From Leptospiraceae bacterium (lineage in GTDB: Bacteria; Spirochaetota; Leptospiria; Leptospirales; Leptonemataceae): a stretch of DNA of 64,000 bases. Positions 9,229 to 19,129 of the stretch are shown here, piece after piece. Numbering within the stretch: the first letter of the stretch is position 1; every line of letters begins with the position of its first letter. Where the stretch lies: positions 416,001 to 480,000 of the forward strand of contig JAVJNR010000003.1 of the NCBI GenBank assembly GCA_040217195.1, given 5' to 3'. The notes under the pieces are model-generated. The model had not been told where the DNA came from, did not search any database, and saw nothing but the letters and a program-made list of their open reading frames with translations. The position numbers and the translations under genes were made by a program.

Positions 9229-11622
9229 ATGCGTCCTCTCTCAATGTTTGTCCGATTTTCGGTTTTCATAGCCTTTCTGGCATTCTTACTGGCTTTGCCT
9301 TTTTGCCAGCAGCAGCTAGTGGACGGAGTCAGCCACGATGCCACCATCGAGCCTGGCCAGGACGGGCCGGTCACATTGGCCATTCTTCCCTTTTCATCGG
9401 AGGAAAATTCCGCCGAGCTGCAAAGATTTTCTCTGGGACTAACGTCTCTAACCAGATCTTATCTGATTGGCTATGAAAAGTTGCAGGTTATTGATCCTTT
9501 GGGAATCCACCTGAGCCTGGATCAGGAAAAATATCTGCAAAGAGTTCGCCAGCTGGGAGCCAGGTTCATTCTTACGGGGAAATTAGCCAGGGAAAATGGT
9601 CGTTATTCAATTGTCGTAGAATTAAGGGATTTACGTTCGAACCGTTCCGCAACTTCCGATGAAATAATAGCTCCAGCCAGCGTGCTGGGCACTTTACCTT
9701 ACGACATTACTCTAAGAATGGATGAACTGGCACTGGAGATGGACCTGCGAAACGGTGATTCTCCCTGGATTTCGCGCCGAGAACGGGATCAGTCCGATCG
9801 ACGTTTCAAACCATCCATCGATGCATTCCAGGATTTCTCTCAGGGAGCCTACAGAGAATTGTTCAGCGCCGGCCAGGCCATCCATTACTACAATCGAGCC
9901 CTTTCCATAGAACCTTATTTCCGCGAGGCAAGAGACAGAGTATTTAGATTACAAAACCTTTCGAATGCACAAAGAGCAGCAGGATTTCGCCAGACTACAA
10001 GCCACGCCCTGGTGCTCATGCGCCGAAACCAGGTGGATCCCATGGTAGTGGCTTTGACCTATCAGGATTTTGGAAGAAAGGCACTGAGCAGGGATCGCAC
10101 CCTGGCCAGTAAATGGTTTCAGGAGTCCAATCGCTGGCTATATCTTGAAGGCAGATACAAGTCCTCCTATTACGCAGATAATCAAAACACAATTGGTAGC
10201 GTCTATCTGTATCAATTTAAAGCCAACGAGGCCTACACTCGATTTCAAAGCGCCTATCAGCTACAGAGAGACCTGGGCCTGGACCAATCCCTGTCCGGTC
10301 TGGAAAGCCATATGAACCTTGCCTGTGTTTATGCCATGCGAAAGGAGCATCCCAAGTCTTTGCAGCATCTGGCGGCGGCCCAGCGCCTTGCCCGGGATCT
10401 GAATCCTGGCCCGGCCATTCTGGCCATTATGCATTACAACGAAGGAGTCATCCATTATTCGAGAGGTATCTACCCCAGGGCCATTGAAAGTTCAAGGAAA
10501 GCACGAGACTTTCTCATTGAAGCGAATATGGCCAATAGTCCCCTGCATCTGTCAGTACTACTCAATATTAATGCATCTCTGCTCTACCAGAGACGGTATG
10601 ACGATGCACTTAGAATCTCAGATGCGATTGCCGTTCGAGCTCGCTCCATTGGAGAAACTAACTATCCACCCTATCGGTATGCTCTGCACAATACCGCCTT
10701 CGCATTGCAGAAACTGGGACGAAGCCTGGAGGCTGCTCAGGCTCTTCGACTGGCAAACTATTCCGGGTACGGACCGGGACGTCCACTTTATGAAACATTT
10801 CTTTCGATCCATGAGGTCCCGGAAGGTTCCACATTGTTCAATACATCTTCGGAGGAATCGCAGGTGGCCTCCTATACTGGTGCATTTAACATGCAATACC
10901 ACCAGCAAAGTGTTCGCTCAAGAACCTATCCAGGCAGGCAGGATGATACGAATATTCTTCTGAGGGACATACTGTATCCGCGGAAGAAAGATCCGGGGTT
11001 GCAGTATCTTAGAGATCACTGGCTGGAAGGTAAATCCGATTTAGAGGGAGACGGTATACTTTTCATCGATGTGGGTCCGGGGCTGGCCAATGTTCGCTGG
11101 CCGGCAGTGACTACTCAATCCATGGCCAGGGATTTTAGAAGGATGGATGTTGTGGCCCTGGATCTGCCAGAACAGGTGCGTCTGTTTCAAACCCAGGTGC
11201 CCTCGTACAAAAAGAATGAGCTGCTGGCTCATTCCAATCTTCGCATTGTGGGAGCGGACGGAAGGGACTCTTTAATAACGGTCTTTTCAGATGCAAAGCG
11301 ATGGCCAATCAGGGATCGGGGACCGGTGGAATTGCAGTCCGGCCGGCCTGTAATGATTCGAATGGCAAACTCCATCGATATTTATTTGAAATGGTATGAG
11401 ATGGAAGATGTACTTCATCAGCTGGCAGAGGATCTAGAAGACAACCCATTGCTTATCTGCTTCAATCGCAGTATTCTGCTCAAGAAGGCCGGAAGCACAG
11501 ATTTTGAAGTTGTGGGATACGTATCCATCCGCGGATTTCATCATAATCTGGAACTTCTGGACCGGGGTGGTGAGCCCCCGTACACACTCATAGATAATTC
11601 GTCGCTGAGCTTTTTGGACTGA
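9229..11622 (+). CDS. TolB-N-like + TPR + putative SAM-methyltransferase-like domain protein
   Basis: Signal/lipobox LALPFC; LAILPF...LGARFILTGKL (TolB-N-like); TPR helices; C-terminal FIDVGPG, VVALD and IRMANSIDIY. Confidence 0.75.
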   Translation: MRPLSMFVRFSVFIAFLAFLLALPFCQQQLVDGVSHDATIEPGQDGPVTLAILPFSSEENSAELQRFSLGLTSLTRSYLIGYEKLQVIDPLGIHLSLDQEKYLQRVRQLGARFILTGKLARENGRYSIVVELRDLRSNRSATSDEIIAPASVLGTLPYDITLRMDELALEMDLRNGDSPWISRRERDQSDRRFKPSIDAFQDFSQGAYRELFSAGQAIHYYNRALSIEPYFREARDRVFRLQNLSNAQRAAGFRQTTSHALVLMRRNQVDPMVVALTYQDFGRKALSRDRTLASKWFQESNRWLYLEGRYKSSYYADNQNTIGSVYLYQFKANEAYTRFQSAYQLQRDLGLDQSLSGLESHMNLACVYAMRKEHPKSLQHLAAAQRLARDLNPGPAILAIMHYNEGVIHYSRGIYPRAIESSRKARDFLIEANMANSPLHLSVLLNINASLLYQRRYDDALRISDAIAVRARSIGETNYPPYRYALHNTAFALQKLGRSLEAAQALRLANYSGYGPGRPLYETFLSIHEVPEGSTLFNTSSEESQVASYTGAFNMQYHQQSVRSRTYPGRQDDTNILLRDILYPRKKDPGLQYLRDHWLEGKSDLEGDGILFIDVGPGLANVRWPAVTTQSMARDFRRMDVVALDLPEQVRLFQTQVPSYKKNELLAHSNLRIVGADGRDSLITVFSDAKRWPIRDRGPVELQSGRPVMIRMANSIDIYLKWYEMEDVLHQLAEDLEDNPLLICFNRSILLKKAGSTDFEVVGYVSIRGFHHNLELLDRGGEPPYTLIDNSSLSFLD

Positions 11623-11790
11623 ATCCGACTGGAATCAGTATTTCAGCATAATGAAGAAAAGCCCTCTAGTGAGCGAATTCGAAAATGACACGGAAGGCAG
11701 GGATTCAAAAAAACTGGCAATGCCGAGAACGCGCCTCCAGGACCTGGAGGCCTGGTGAGCCCTTCCTTTTGACAGAAATAAACTCTGAAC

Positions 11791-12204
11791 CTATTTGGAC
11801 TGAAATAGAGGCTTGTATTTTTCCCTGTTCACATAGGCAAGTAGTAGATTCACAGCCAGCAAGAATACTGCAAGTATCAGCCCATCCGGGTAAACGAAAA
11901 CATGATACAGAAAGATATTCAAGGTAATCGGAAAGATCATTACCGTGCTCAGTGCAACGTATCGACCTGAAATCAAAGACAGACCACAAACCAGTTCAGT
12001 GATCTTGATCAAATACAGAAGGTACCCGGTGGCTTCCATACCATCCTGAAATGTCTGTACCCTGGCAGGCAAATCGGCCGGCGGTTCTACGATGTCCAGA
12101 AGCACCACGATAGCAGAGGCCACATAGATAAGCCCCATGATGCTACGCAGAACTATTACAGTGATTTTTAAAGCTTTACTCTGAGTTTCCATATTCCCTC
12201 GCAA
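11791..12204 (-). CDS. DoxX family membrane protein
   Basis: Four TM helices; TGYLLYLIKITELVCG, PITLNIFLYH. Confidence 0.85.
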   Translation of the reverse strand: MRGNMETQSKALKITVIVLRSIMGLIYVASAIVVLLDIVEPPADLPARVQTFQDGMEATGYLLYLIKITELVCGLSLISGRYVALSTVMIFPITLNIFLYHVFVYPDGLILAVFLLAVNLLLAYVNREKYKPLFQSK

Positions 12205-12257
12205 CTTTACCGGTCCGCCATGGGCTCACTCTTTCATTCTATGAGACCAATGGCTTA

Positions 12258-13187
12258 TCAACGCTCTTTATGATACATCCTCAGAGCCAGTGGAGCGAAA
12301 ATGGCCGTCAGGCCTGCGCTGTAAGCGAATACTCCAATGATGGCCATTCCGGCTGGCTCTCCATGCATTAGACTTCTGGACGCTGTGGCCAGGTACGTCA
12401 CCGGACTGTGACGTACCACAGCCTGGAGCCAATCAGGCATGGTGCCAAGCTCCACAAAAATATTACTTGCGAAGGTAAGAGGCATCAAAAAGACAAAGCT
12501 GGTAGTCATCACAGATTCCGGAGTTTGAACTTTCATTCCAAATATCATCCATATCCAGGAGAGGGATGATGCAAACAATAGAACCAGAAGCAAGGCAAGA
12601 GTTACCCCCAGAACCCCTCCTTCCGGGCGAAACCCCAGAATCAATCCTATAGCGAGGATTACCAGCGAAGCCACGGTATATCGCACCAGGTCTCCTGCCA
12701 TGGCGCCCACAATAGGCGAAGGTTGCCACATGGGCAGCGAGCGAAACCGATCAAAAAGTCCCTTTTGAATGTCCGTATTCAATCCTACGCCGGTGTATAC
12801 GGTAATAAACACTACAGTTTGAACCAGAATCCCTGGAATCAAGAACTGAATATACTGTTCTGGCGTTCCTGCCAGGGCACCGCCAAAAATATACGTAAAC
12901 AATAACGTAAACATGACAGGCATGATTGTAACATCAAACATCTGAAACGGAACATGTTTAATCTTGAGCATGGCTCGCCAGGCCAGAGTCAATGTAGCTC
13001 CCAGACCAGAAACTTCAGCAGGTCTTCGCTCCTGGCTGAACACTCCTTTCAGAGCAGCGTTAGGTCCTTCCTGGGTGGACTTTCCGTTTTGATGCATACT
13101 TGCGGATGCAGAACTGGACTTCTGAGACCTGCCATCCCTGGTTGAACTCTTTTTCGCTCGACTCTTTTTAGTTACCGCTGAACTCAT
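12258..13187 (-). CDS. ABC-2 type exporter permease (DrrB-like)
   Basis: PVMFTLLFTYIFGGA, DIQKGLFDRFRSLPM, MPDWLQ; six TM helices. Confidence 0.92.
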   Translation of the reverse strand: MSSAVTKKSRAKKSSTRDGRSQKSSSASASMHQNGKSTQEGPNAALKGVFSQERRPAEVSGLGATLTLAWRAMLKIKHVPFQMFDVTIMPVMFTLLFTYIFGGALAGTPEQYIQFLIPGILVQTVVFITVYTGVGLNTDIQKGLFDRFRSLPMWQPSPIVGAMAGDLVRYTVASLVILAIGLILGFRPEGGVLGVTLALLLVLLFASSLSWIWMIFGMKVQTPESVMTTSFVFLMPLTFASNIFVELGTMPDWLQAVVRHSPVTYLATASRSLMHGEPAGMAIIGVFAYSAGLTAIFAPLALRMYHKER

Positions 13188-14167
13188 TTCTGTTCTCCCT
13201 GGGCTACTGTTTCGGGCTCCGGCGCATGTCCTGTTAATGCAAAAAAGACTTCATCCATGCTGGGCTGCGCCACGGAGAATTCGGACATACGAAGCCCTTT
13301 GCTGGACAGAGCATGAAAGACTCTGGAGATTTGCGCATCCTTTTCAATGGAAGCGGTAAGACTGAATGCATCTGACCCGGGATGCACCGGTAGTTTCAGT
13401 CTCTTCAATTCTGTAGTGGTTTTTTTCGCATCCGAAGCAGAATAAAGACGTATATGTAGTAGATTGGCTCCTACCTGGGATTTCAAATCCTGGCCGGTGC
13501 CTTCTGCAATCACCTTTCCATTATCTATGACTGCCAGTCGCTGGGCCAATCGATCCGCTTCTTCCATGTACTGAGTGGTCAGAAGCACGGTAGCCCCCTG
13601 TCGGGCAATGGCGCGAACTATGTCCCAGACCTGGTTGCGGCTTCTTGGATCCAGGCCAGTGGTAGGTTCATCCAGAAATACCACATCGGAATGTACCACG
13701 AGACCGGCGGCCACATCCAGACGTCTTCGCATACCGCCAGAGTAGGTGCGCACAAGTTTGTTTCCCGAAGAGGCAAGATCAAATGCCTCCAGAAGCTCCC
13801 GGGCCCTGGCTCTGGCTCCCTTCCAGTTGAAACCGTAAAGTCTGCCTATGAGAATCAGGTTTTCAATTCCAGTCAAATCCTCATCCACCGATGCATACTG
13901 GCCGGTAAGGGAAATCCTTCTTCTCACTTCGTCGGGCTGTTTCAACACATCGTATCCCATTACCAGGGCCTGCCCCTGGTCGGGCTTTAAGAGGGTGGTT
14001 AAGACACCAACCGTTGTAGTTTTTCCTGCACCGTTGGGCCCCAGAAGTCCGTATACAGTACCGGCTTCAATGCTCAGATCAATTCCGCTGAGAGCCCAGT
14101 GAGCGCCATACCGCTTCTTGATTCCTCTGGTTTCTATGGCCTTCATCTCTGATTTAACTCCCATCAA
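13184..14167 (-). CDS. ABC exporter ATP-binding protein (DrrA-like)
   Basis: GPNGAGKT, YSGGMRRRLD, FLDEPTTGLDP, LLTTQY. Confidence 0.95.
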   Translation of the reverse strand: MMGVKSEMKAIETRGIKKRYGAHWALSGIDLSIEAGTVYGLLGPNGAGKTTTVGVLTTLLKPDQGQALVMGYDVLKQPDEVRRRISLTGQYASVDEDLTGIENLILIGRLYGFNWKGARARARELLEAFDLASSGNKLVRTYSGGMRRRLDVAAGLVVHSDVVFLDEPTTGLDPRSRNQVWDIVRAIARQGATVLLTTQYMEEADRLAQRLAVIDNGKVIAEGTGQDLKSQVGANLLHIRLYSASDAKKTTTELKRLKLPVHPGSDAFSLTASIEKDAQISRVFHALSSKGLRMSEFSVAQPSMDEVFFALTGHAPEPETVAQGEQK

Positions 14168-14242
14168 AATTCACAAACAGAATATCGCTGCGCAATGCAT
14201 ACCGATCCGGAACTATTCCTTTCGGCGAAAATAGGTAATCGG

Positions 14243-14854
14243 TTACAAACTCTGCTCAAAAGCTTGCTCCAGCGGAGCGAATGTGCTTCGCGGCTCTTCC
14301 ACTGGCATAATGAACTGTATCTTCTCCATATTGTCCGGATCTCCATACACTTCGAAAGCCACGGAAGTCTGGACGTTGCCTTCTTCCATAACCTTTTGAA
14401 ATTCGGGATACACCTTTATGGGCCCCAGCATAAACGATAACATGTTCCGGTAAGGAAATTCGCCATAGATGGATTCCATGGCTGGAAACTCAAATACAGA
14501 GAATTTCTGAGACAGAGTTTCCTGCTGCGCCGCATCCAGCTGGTCTATCCTGCATCCCAGGATGGATCGAAGCTCTTCTGGAGGCGTATCAGGCGGATCC
14601 AGGTATACAGCCAGGCTTTCGCAAGTCTGCAGCCCGGCATCCTTCCATCGATTTTCGAATTTTTCCCAGCTGGCGCCCAGATCTTCGTAAGGCCCTCTAT
14701 GTGTAGCATAGATAATTGTATGTGGACCAAATTTAGTTCTGGAAACAGTTACTTCTTGGAATCCGCCCATGTAGCCGTAGAATCCCAAAAAAGCAAGGAC
14801 CAGGGCCAGAAAACCAATACCCAGACCTTTCCAGAGAGTACCCTTGTTTTGCAT
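14243..14854 (-). CDS. Membrane-anchored GyrI-like small-molecule binding protein
   Basis: N-terminal TM; HRGPYEDL, VYLDPPD..PEELRSILG, FEVY. Confidence 0.75.
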   Translation of the reverse strand: MQNKGTLWKGLGIGFLALVLAFLGFYGYMGGFQEVTVSRTKFGPHTIIYATHRGPYEDLGASWEKFENRWKDAGLQTCESLAVYLDPPDTPPEELRSILGCRIDQLDAAQQETLSQKFSVFEFPAMESIYGEFPYRNMLSFMLGPIKVYPEFQKVMEEGNVQTSVAFEVYGDPDNMEKIQFIMPVEEPRSTFAPLEQAFEQSL

Positions 14855-15019
14855 ACCACACCTCCAGCGTAGCGCTTCGCAGCATCTATGTACCTTGATG
14901 CATATCGCACTCTTCGATGCAATCTATTATTCGGTCACTATAGGATTTATTGGAAAGAGCAGCAGATACAGTCCTTCGCAGGTCCGGCCTTATAAACTAC
15001 TTTCAAGCTATAGCCGTGA

Positions 15020-15679
15020 TTATTCAAGTTTCATCAGCGAAATTCCATCCAATGTTACCGAGGGCTGGCCATCCTTCCTATCCAGCCTTAACTCGAGTTT
15101 CTTTTGCCGATCTGCTTCCAGGTAGCAATGAACGATTTTCCGCACAGGATTGTGAATATACCAGAAGGATGCTTCGCACACAGTAGACTCTAAATCTCTG
15201 GCAGTACGCATCTGAATATGTAAGGCTAGAAACTCATCATCCTCTGCCGTGGTCTCACCTTTCTGGATTCGGTTCTCAAAGAACCGAATGTACATTGAGC
15301 TGCCAGCTGAAGGTAATGTGATAGAATGCCTTGCGCTGTGCAGGAAATAACCATCCGACATGAATAGAGGACGTAATCCGGCGGGATTCTTTTCCGCATC
15401 AAAGAAAGGACCGAGGATGGATGCTGCCACAAGTTCTGACCGGTCATAGGCCAGAACTCTAACTCTCCAGCCCCGAAATTGCCGGGAAGGCATGGCATCT
15501 GATCGTAACGTCAAATCCAAAGTTACATCGTTCTGCTCGCTTAGCTGCGGATGACGTCCAACAGGACCAAAGGAGGAGGAGCGAGTACTACACTGGCAAA
15601 TCGTTACAAATAGAATAGCCAGCCCCGCCACCAGAGGTCGTTTAAGCACAGAGATTAAGATTCTACTGAATGGTCGCAT
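15020..15679 (-). CDS. Hypothetical lipoprotein (start reassigned to 15679)
   Basis: MRPFSRILISVLKRPLVAGLAILFVTICQC signal; the longer ORF overlaps the upstream gene. Confidence 0.55.
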   Translation of the reverse strand: MRPFSRILISVLKRPLVAGLAILFVTICQCSTRSSSFGPVGRHPQLSEQNDVTLDLTLRSDAMPSRQFRGWRVRVLAYDRSELVAASILGPFFDAEKNPAGLRPLFMSDGYFLHSARHSITLPSAGSSMYIRFFENRIQKGETTAEDDEFLALHIQMRTARDLESTVCEASFWYIHNPVRKIVHCYLEADRQKKLELRLDRKDGQPSVTLDGISLMKLE

Positions 15680-15821
15680 GGGGCTGCGCGCTCGGAACCC
15701 GAGCCTCCCGGAAATAAAAGATCGATTGGAAATCCCTGGAAAAGCTGATCCTGAGTCCTGACTTCCATCCAAACAATCCTTACCGGTATTCGATCTGAAT
15801 TCCTTGCTATGATTTGATCTT

Positions 15822-16589
15822 TTACTTTTGGCCGTCATAGTCGGACTCCACCCGAGTATCCATGGAACATCCACCTGGTTCCAATTGCAGAGCGGCCTGC
15901 CCGGATACGTCCCTCTGAAGCCAGGACCAGAACGATTCATGGATGGCTTTTACGGCCAGGTCTTCCTGTGCATTTCTGGGCCGCAATTGAAGACGCAACG
16001 ATTGATAGAAATCAGGATTAAGCAACAATTCATAGGTTAGGCGGCCCGAGGTAATGTACATCTCTGGGCTGGCAGGTTGTCTGGACTCTCTGTCCAGCTT
16101 CAATAGCATAGCCATCTCTGCCTCGGGATGGGACCAGACAGGCTCTTTTATTTCACGGCCCAGAATAATGTACAGGTATTGTCCCTCCCTGGCATGAATT
16201 CGAAAGCCAGAGTCTTTCTGCACTGGCGCCAGACCGGATTGAATTGGAAGACTCCAGACTGTTTTTCCAAAGTCCATTCCAGTCACACCGATCCAGGCCA
16301 GAAATGGACCTAATTGTTCCTGCTCGGGAATCGGTCTATTGTTGAACAATCCATATTGATACCAGTACGCAGCTCCACTGGACTGCAGGCAAATCTGCAG
16401 AACGAAAGTGGATTCCGGGTTCAATGGACCTGCCAGGCGACAATGAGGAAGCACCAGAGTACATAGAATAGAAACCAGACCCAGAGATTTTCTTATGTGA
16501 TGCCACACCAATCCAGCATGATGCCTGCTCCGTTGCAAGCAACGCAAATACAATGTCCCGGGATTAATGCAATAGAAATATAGCCGCAT
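15822..16589 (-). CDS. Hypothetical (lipo)protein
   Basis: 255 aa ORF with a hydrophobic stretch ending LVLPHC. Confidence 0.5.
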   Translation of the reverse strand: MRLYFYCINPGTLYLRCLQRSRHHAGLVWHHIRKSLGLVSILCTLVLPHCRLAGPLNPESTFVLQICLQSSGAAYWYQYGLFNNRPIPEQEQLGPFLAWIGVTGMDFGKTVWSLPIQSGLAPVQKDSGFRIHAREGQYLYIILGREIKEPVWSHPEAEMAMLLKLDRESRQPASPEMYITSGRLTYELLLNPDFYQSLRLQLRPRNAQEDLAVKAIHESFWSWLQRDVSGQAALQLEPGGCSMDTRVESDYDGQK

Positions 16590-16711
16590 TATAAGATCCT
16601 AAAAAACTAATACGATGGTATGAGGTGAAGAAAATAAAATGCAATAAATCCGGGTATCAGTGGTTCTATACCCGCGGCCACCATGGTTCGGTCGTCCAAT
16701 ATAATAGCTGA

Positions 16712-17053
16712 TTGAGTATGATTCATCCCGGGGCCGACATAAATACCATTGCAGATTTCTTCAATGATCTGGTAAACCACTCCGATGAGAGAGGGTTACA
16801 GGCAGCACATGAGGTGATTCGTAGCCGAGTAAACGATCGACATTTGCAACAGGGATTAACCCTGGCAGCAGATGGAAATCACCCAAGCATTGTAAGTCGT
16901 TACTTGAGCGAAACACTTCCCCATAACTGGGATAAAGATATGGTCCATCGCATTCGGGATGCCGTGGAAATGTGGCAATCAGGAAAGACCGCTGAGCAAA
17001 TCTTGGAATGCTTTGGTCAGAATTACTCTGTATCGCAGCGATACATCGGATAG
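16712..17053 (+). CDS. Soluble protein resembling the MotA/PomA cytoplasmic domain
   Basis: ERGLQAAHE..NDRHLQQGLTLAADGNHPSIVSRYL and RIRDAVEMWQSGKTAEQI mirror the MotA loop and C-tail; no TM helix; TATAAT at 16700-16705. Confidence 0.55.
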   Translation: MSMIHPGADINTIADFFNDLVNHSDERGLQAAHEVIRSRVNDRHLQQGLTLAADGNHPSIVSRYLSETLPHNWDKDMVHRIRDAVEMWQSGKTAEQILECFGQNYSVSQRYIG

Positions 17054-17058
17054 CATTA

Positions 17059-19014
17059 TCAGGTGGCGGTCTGAAGTTTCTTATATAGAGATCTAAATTC
17101 TTCGTTTGGTATTTTACCCTCTGCATCCTCGCAGAGACCCGGCTGGATTCTGTTCAAAAAATACATGTCCAGTTCGCCTTTGTTTTTGGCAGCCACTTTG
17201 CCTCTATACTCGCATTCGAAGAATTCCTTCACCAGGTTATGAGTGGCCCCAGAGATATTGATTCGATTTGCATCGCTACTGGATTCCATTCTGCTTGCAA
17301 TGTTTACTGCATCGCCCCAGATGTCATAGGCAAACTTGGCCTTTCCGATAACACCTGCTGTAACCGGGCCCGTATGCACTCCAATGCGTAACCGCCAGAA
17401 GGAATGACCCATTTGATCCTTGATTTCCTGAAGACCTTCCATAAAAGTTAGAAGCTCCAGAGCCGTCAAACAGGCATCCACCGGATGAGTATGATTCAAT
17501 ATTGGCAGTCCGCCGGCGGCCATATAGGCATCACCAATGGTTTTTAATTTCTCCAGACCATTTCTTCTGCAGATTTCATCGAATTGAGAGAAACAACCAT
17601 CCAGTTCACGAATCAATTCCCAGGGAGACATGCTTTCTGCGATACCAGTAAATCCTACAAAGTCCGTAAATAGAACAGATACAGATCCAATACTTGCTGG
17701 AGTTACGGAGCCTTTTTGCTTTAGTTCCGTGGCCACCTGCTCCGGCAGGATGCTCAATAACAGACTTTCGGCCCGGGCTCTTTCCTGCTTCACTTGCTCG
17801 TAGAGGGAAGAATTATATACAGCGCCGGCAATCTGGTTACAGAATCTACCTATGGAATCCAGCTCTTCCCGGGACAGCTGCATTCTCTTGCGAACACTGG
17901 TAAAACAGGCTATGCCGATAGTTTCTCCTCGAATGATTAATGGAACCATCAGGAATGCTTTTAGATCCAGCGCATCATAGAAAAGCCGATCCACCCTGGA
18001 GTGAATGTCCACCTCAGGAATGCGAGAAAGATATAGCCTTCTCTTTTCTGCGTACACTTTCCATAGAGTGCCGGCATCCGGAGAAAGAGGTGTTCGAAGC
18101 GATTTCAACTCCTCCAGATGTTCGCCCATCACTTGCTGTAAACTCTGGGAAAGATGCGATACAACAAACTCCCCGTTATCGAAGTTTGCCAGGATCAGCA
18201 TGGTTCCATCAATATCAAAGTTCTCATCGATGAAACCGAATACTTCGCGAACAATTTCATCCAGTTCGGAAAGTGCATTAATCTTTAGCGTAAACTCGTT
18301 TAATTTCTGAATTTCCTGCCTGGACTCCTCCAGATCCCGGGTCCTTTCTTCTACTCGGATTTCCAGAAAATCTCTAGCTTTTCGCAAATCGTCAAAAGCT
18401 CGAGCGTTGACCAGGGATATACCGGCCAGAGATGCAAAGGCAGCCAGCAACTGAACGTCCGTTTCTGCAAACCGATCTCCATCCAGCTTATTCAAAACTT
18501 GAATGGTTCCTATAATTGCACCGGACTGATCATGGATGGGCATGCAGAGTATAGATCTGGTTCTGTATCCGGTGCGCAGATCATAATCGCGACTGAAGCG
18601 ATCGTCCTGGTAGGCATCAATGATGTTCACCGTTTCACCGGTGGTAGCCACAAAACCTGAAATTCCTTCGGATAACTTGATCCTGATCTCATCGCTGCCC
18701 TGGGCCACTCTGGACCAGAGCTCCTGACTATCCTTATCTATTAAAAACAGAGTTGATCTATCTGCATGCATCACCTCTGTAACGGTGTTCATAATAACGC
18801 CCAGCAAAGCATCCAGATCCAGCTCTGCCATGATACTTTGAGTTGCTCCCACCAGGCGGGATAAATTAGAACTTTCCGATACGAGCTGCTGGAGCACAGA
18901 AGATCGAATGGTCATTCGGCCGCCTGCATCTCTTTGCAGTAGCTCCGGTAGAGCCGTAGTTATGCTTCCAGATTTGTTTAACATGGGAACCTTGAAACAG
19001 ACGATTGCGTCCAA
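17059..19014 (-). CDS. GAF-GAF class III adenylyl cyclase
   Basis: Two GAF domains (DAYQDDRF..YDLRTGYRTRSILCMP..NK); LFTDFVGFT, KLKTIGDAYM and YDIWGDAVNIASRMES give K/D ATP specificity. Confidence 0.93.
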   Translation of the reverse strand: MDAIVCFKVPMLNKSGSITTALPELLQRDAGGRMTIRSSVLQQLVSESSNLSRLVGATQSIMAELDLDALLGVIMNTVTEVMHADRSTLFLIDKDSQELWSRVAQGSDEIRIKLSEGISGFVATTGETVNIIDAYQDDRFSRDYDLRTGYRTRSILCMPIHDQSGAIIGTIQVLNKLDGDRFAETDVQLLAAFASLAGISLVNARAFDDLRKARDFLEIRVEERTRDLEESRQEIQKLNEFTLKINALSELDEIVREVFGFIDENFDIDGTMLILANFDNGEFVVSHLSQSLQQVMGEHLEELKSLRTPLSPDAGTLWKVYAEKRRLYLSRIPEVDIHSRVDRLFYDALDLKAFLMVPLIIRGETIGIACFTSVRKRMQLSREELDSIGRFCNQIAGAVYNSSLYEQVKQERARAESLLLSILPEQVATELKQKGSVTPASIGSVSVLFTDFVGFTGIAESMSPWELIRELDGCFSQFDEICRRNGLEKLKTIGDAYMAAGGLPILNHTHPVDACLTALELLTFMEGLQEIKDQMGHSFWRLRIGVHTGPVTAGVIGKAKFAYDIWGDAVNIASRMESSSDANRINISGATHNLVKEFFECEYRGKVAAKNKGELDMYFLNRIQPGLCEDAEGKIPNEEFRSLYKKLQTAT

Positions 19015-19129
19015 TCGCTATGCATAGTATCGACATATGGGACGGGAATTCATAGAACTTCCCTCCCGTTTGGCTACTCAGGCCCGCAATTGGGCTTGTA
19101 ATGCAAATCAAGAAATGTAGAAGAAGAGA

